Shown here in pieces: positions 61,314 to 64,000 of a DNA stretch of 64,000 bases. The stretch spans positions 113,212,001 to 113,276,000 of the forward strand of contig OZ336870.1 of assembly GCA_965287045.1 (NCBI GenBank), written 5' to 3'. Origin of the DNA: Carcharhinus amblyrhynchos. Lineage: Eukaryota. The notes below the pieces were generated by a model, which searched no databases, was not told the origin of the DNA, and saw only the letters and a list, made by a program, of their open reading frames with translations. The number at the start of each line of letters is the position of its first letter. Positions within the stretch are counted from its first letter, which is position 1. Position numbers and translations under genes: made by a program.

Positions 61314-63203
61314 GTGTGGGGTATGCCCCATCCGTCTTCCATCGCTCCCTCCTGTTATGAACAGTCTTATCCTTCAGAGAAAGCTTTAGAAAGCTTTAGA
61401 TTGGCTAGGAGGGAGTTGAAGAGGGAGTTAAGAAGGGCTAAAAGAGGACATGAGATGACCTTGGCTGATAGGATTAAGGAGAATCCTAAGGCGTTCTATA
61501 GGTATGTCAAGAACAGAAGGTTGGTTAGGGCAAGATTAGGGCCAGTTATAGACAGTAGAGGGAAGTTGTGTGTGGAACCGGAAGAGATTGGAGAGGCATT
61601 GAACCAATATTTCTCTTCGGTGTTCATGCAGGGGGACATGAATGTAGCTGTGGAGGACACTGGGGTGCAGGGGTGTAAAATAGAAAGTATTGCAGTTGAA
61701 ACCGGGGATGTGCTGGATATTCTAGAGGGCTTGAAAATAGATAAGTCCCCTGGTCCGGATGGGATTTACCCTAGGATTCTCTGGGAGGCTAGAGAGGTGA
61801 TTGCAGAGCCTCTGGCTCTGATCTTCAGGTCATCGTTGGTCTCTGGTATAGTACCGGAAGATTGGAGGACAGCGAATGTTGTCCCATTGTTTAAGAAGGG
61901 GAACAGAGACTTCCCCGGGAATTATAGGCCGGTGAGTCTTACTTCTGTTGTGGGCAAGGTTTTAGAAAGAATTATTAGGGATAGGATTTATAGCTATTTG
62001 GAGAGTAATGAATTGATTAGAGACAGTCAGCATGGTTTTGTAGCAGGTAGGTCGTGCCTTACTAACCTTATTGAGTTCTTTGAGAAAGTGACCAAAGAGG
62101 TGGATAGGGGTAAGGCAGTTGACGTGGTATATATGGATTTTAGTAAGGCGTTTGATAAGGTTCACCATGGTGGGCTTCTGCAGAAAATGCAGATGTATGG
62201 GATTGGGGGTAATCTAGGTACTTGGATCAGGAATTGGCTGGCAGATAGGAGACAGAGGGTGGTGGTTGATGGTGAATATTCGTCATGGAGTTCGGTTACG
62301 AGCGGTGTGCCTCAGGGATCTGTTTTGGGGCCACTGCTGTTTGTAATTTTTATTAATGATCTGGATGAGGGTATAGTTGGGTGGATTAGTAAGTTTGCTG
62401 ATGACACCAAACTCGGTGGTGTGGTAGATTGTGAGGAAGGGTGTCATAGTTTGCAGGGTGACTTAGACAGGTTGCAGAGCTGGGCCGTGAGGTGGCGGAT
62501 GGAGTTTAATGCAGAGAAGTGTGAGGTAATTCATTTCGGTAGGAGTAACAGATGTGTTCAGTATAGGGCTAATGGGAGGACTTTGAATAGTGTGGAGGAG
62601 CAGAGGGATCTAGGTGTATGTGTACATAGATCCCTGAAGGTTGGGAATCAAGTAGATAAGGTAGTTAAGAAGGCATACGGTGTCTTGGCGTTTATTGGTA
62701 GGGGGATTGAATTTAGGAGTCGCAGCGTCATGTTGCAACTGTACACAACTCTGGTGCGGCCGCACTTGGAGTACTGTGTGCAGTTCTGGTCCCCACATTA
62801 CAGGAAGGACGTGGAGGCTTTGGAGAGGGTGCAGAGGAGGTTTACCAGGATGTTGCCTGGTATGGAGGGGAGGTCCTATGAGGAGAGACTGAGGGATTTG
62901 GGGTTGTTTTCGCTGGAAAGAAGGAGGCTAAGAGGGGATCTTATTGAAACATATAAGATGATTAGAGGTTTAGATAGGGTGGATAGTGATAGCCTTTTTC
63001 CTCGGATGGAGAATGCTAGCACGAGGGGGCATGGCTTTAAATTAAGGGGTGGTAGTTATAGGACGGATGTCAGGGGTAGGTTCTTTACCCAGAGGGTGGT
63101 GAGGGATTGGAATGCCCTGCCTGCTGCGGTTGTAAATGCGCCTAGTTTGGGGGCGTTTAAGAGATCTATGGATAGGTTTATGGACGAAAAGGGATTGGTT
63201 TAG
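61314..63203 (+). CDS. CR1 ORF2 fragment: complete reverse transcriptase domain, endonuclease domain missing; first ~20 codons come from flanking DNA
   Basis: Motifs KSPGPDG, NYRPVSLTS, SQHGF, YMDFSKAFDKV, GVPQGSVLGPLLF, KFADD and RPHLEYCVQFW. The listed start is a GTG in flank, so expression is not implied. Confidence 0.9.
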   Translation: MWGMPHPSSIAPSCYEQSYPSEKALESFRLARRELKRELRRAKRGHEMTLADRIKENPKAFYRYVKNRRLVRARLGPVIDSRGKLCVEPEEIGEALNQYFSSVFMQGDMNVAVEDTGVQGCKIESIAVETGDVLDILEGLKIDKSPGPDGIYPRILWEAREVIAEPLALIFRSSLVSGIVPEDWRTANVVPLFKKGNRDFPGNYRPVSLTSVVGKVLERIIRDRIYSYLESNELIRDSQHGFVAGRSCLTNLIEFFEKVTKEVDRGKAVDVVYMDFSKAFDKVHHGGLLQKMQMYGIGGNLGTWIRNWLADRRQRVVVDGEYSSWSSVTSGVPQGSVLGPLLFVIFINDLDEGIVGWISKFADDTKLGGVVDCEEGCHSLQGDLDRLQSWAVRWRMEFNAEKCEVIHFGRSNRCVQYRANGRTLNSVEEQRDLGVCVHRSLKVGNQVDKVVKKAYGVLAFIGRGIEFRSRSVMLQLYTTLVRPHLEYCVQFWSPHYRKDVEALERVQRRFTRMLPGMEGRSYEERLRDLGLFSLERRRLRGDLIETYKMIRGLDRVDSDSLFPRMENASTRGHGFKLRGGSYRTDVRGRFFTQRVVRDWNALPAAVVNAPSLGAFKRSMDRFMDEKGLV

Positions 63204-63298
63204 ATTAGTGGGTTAGTGTTTTTTTTAAAAACTGGTCGGCGCAACATCGTGGGCCGAAGGGCCTGTTCTGCGCTGTAATGTTCTATGTTCTATGTTCT
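61381..63298 (+). mobile_element. Young CR1 LINE (subfamily B), 1.9 kb, 5'-truncated
   Basis: Uninterrupted ORF2 RT, short 3' UTR, (TTCTATG)n tail; AGAGA on both sides (61376-61380, 63299-63303) is a possible TSD. Confidence 0.97.
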
Positions 63299-64000
63299 AG
63301 AGACAGAAAAAGGAGATTTTGAGCAGGTGACCAGGTGGGTTTGGGGGCTTAAAATCAGTGCAATACGAGAGATATTGATGGGTGTCAAGGGAGAGTGGGA
63401 AACTGATGGGGATCCTTTGTGGAGAGGGAAATGGGGATTCTGAGGGAGATGCTGGTAAGCTGGCTGGTTGAGGGCTGTAAGTGCTGATTGTTAATTGGTT
63501 ATGTTATGGTCGGGAATGGTATCGGGAAAGACAAGTGGATAATCACTCTGGAGCTCTAAGGAGGTTGTTAATTTTCTTCCTGTCCTCCAATTCAGACTGC
63601 TGACAGCCAATGAACTTTTACATGGTCTGCCAACTGCCCCCATCCCACCCTTTAGAGTTCCCATAGCAGACAGGATGGGAGAACTCTGGTTGTGATTATG
63701 CTTCTTTTTGTTCTGTTAATAATCTAAATGCATACTTATTCTCTAGGATTCAATTTCTCTTATCCTTGTATGTCTGCGTGTTTGAAAAATTGAGTGTGTT
63801 CATTGTGCTTAGATTCCAAGGTGTTTGTGAACAAACATTTAACTTGTCTTCTGATTTAAACTTACCAGAAAGCCTGTTTCATGCCTGTTATTAGAAGTCA
63901 CAACAGCTAAAGGATCTAAACACTCCCTGAAAATATACATCTAATTACAGGCTACCAAGAAGTGAGGGAAAAGTGGGAAAATCTCTTTAACTTATGCTTA

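Noticed and set aside
60520-61320. GC-richer block with several 80-95 aa ORFs
   Set aside because: No recognisable motifs; probably a decayed transposon interior, but I cannot assign it.

Overview
Eukaryotic, AT-rich, repeat-dense, apparently intronic or intergenic DNA, very likely from an elasmobranch (shark). This is inferred from HE1-type V-SINEs, SacSINE1-type DeuSINEs and shark-style CR1 LINEs, recognised from memory rather than by database search. I found no convincing host protein-coding gene, rRNA, tRNA gene or CRISPR array. Every recognisable long ORF is a LINE ORF2 (reverse transcriptase) fragment; the longest is an uninterrupted but 5'-truncated 629-codon CR1 frame at 61314-63203. 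The window holds two young CR1 subfamilies, with (TTCTTATG)n and (TTCTATG)n tails, and many older CR1 copies. It also holds Rex1/Babar, L2 and a divergent CR1-group LINE, four SINE types, many Harbinger-like TIR elements, a solo LTR with a 4-bp TSD, Penelope-like fragments and a 156-N gap. The most interesting signals are: (1) a 139-bp Penelope-like insertion, flanked by a 14-bp imperfect duplication, carrying an intact minimal hammerhead ribozyme motif (42974-43009, minus strand); (2) a frameshifted piggyBac transposase fossil (about 45637-46079) that the ORF track only partly shows; (3) a V-SINE variant whose tail resembles the Rex1 LINE 3' end rather than CR1; (4) multi-layer nested insertions with readable junctions; and (5) several unique blocks that look like conserved non-coding enhancers. 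I cannot support a claim of a wholly new multi-gene system. Boundaries of old repeats are approximate.
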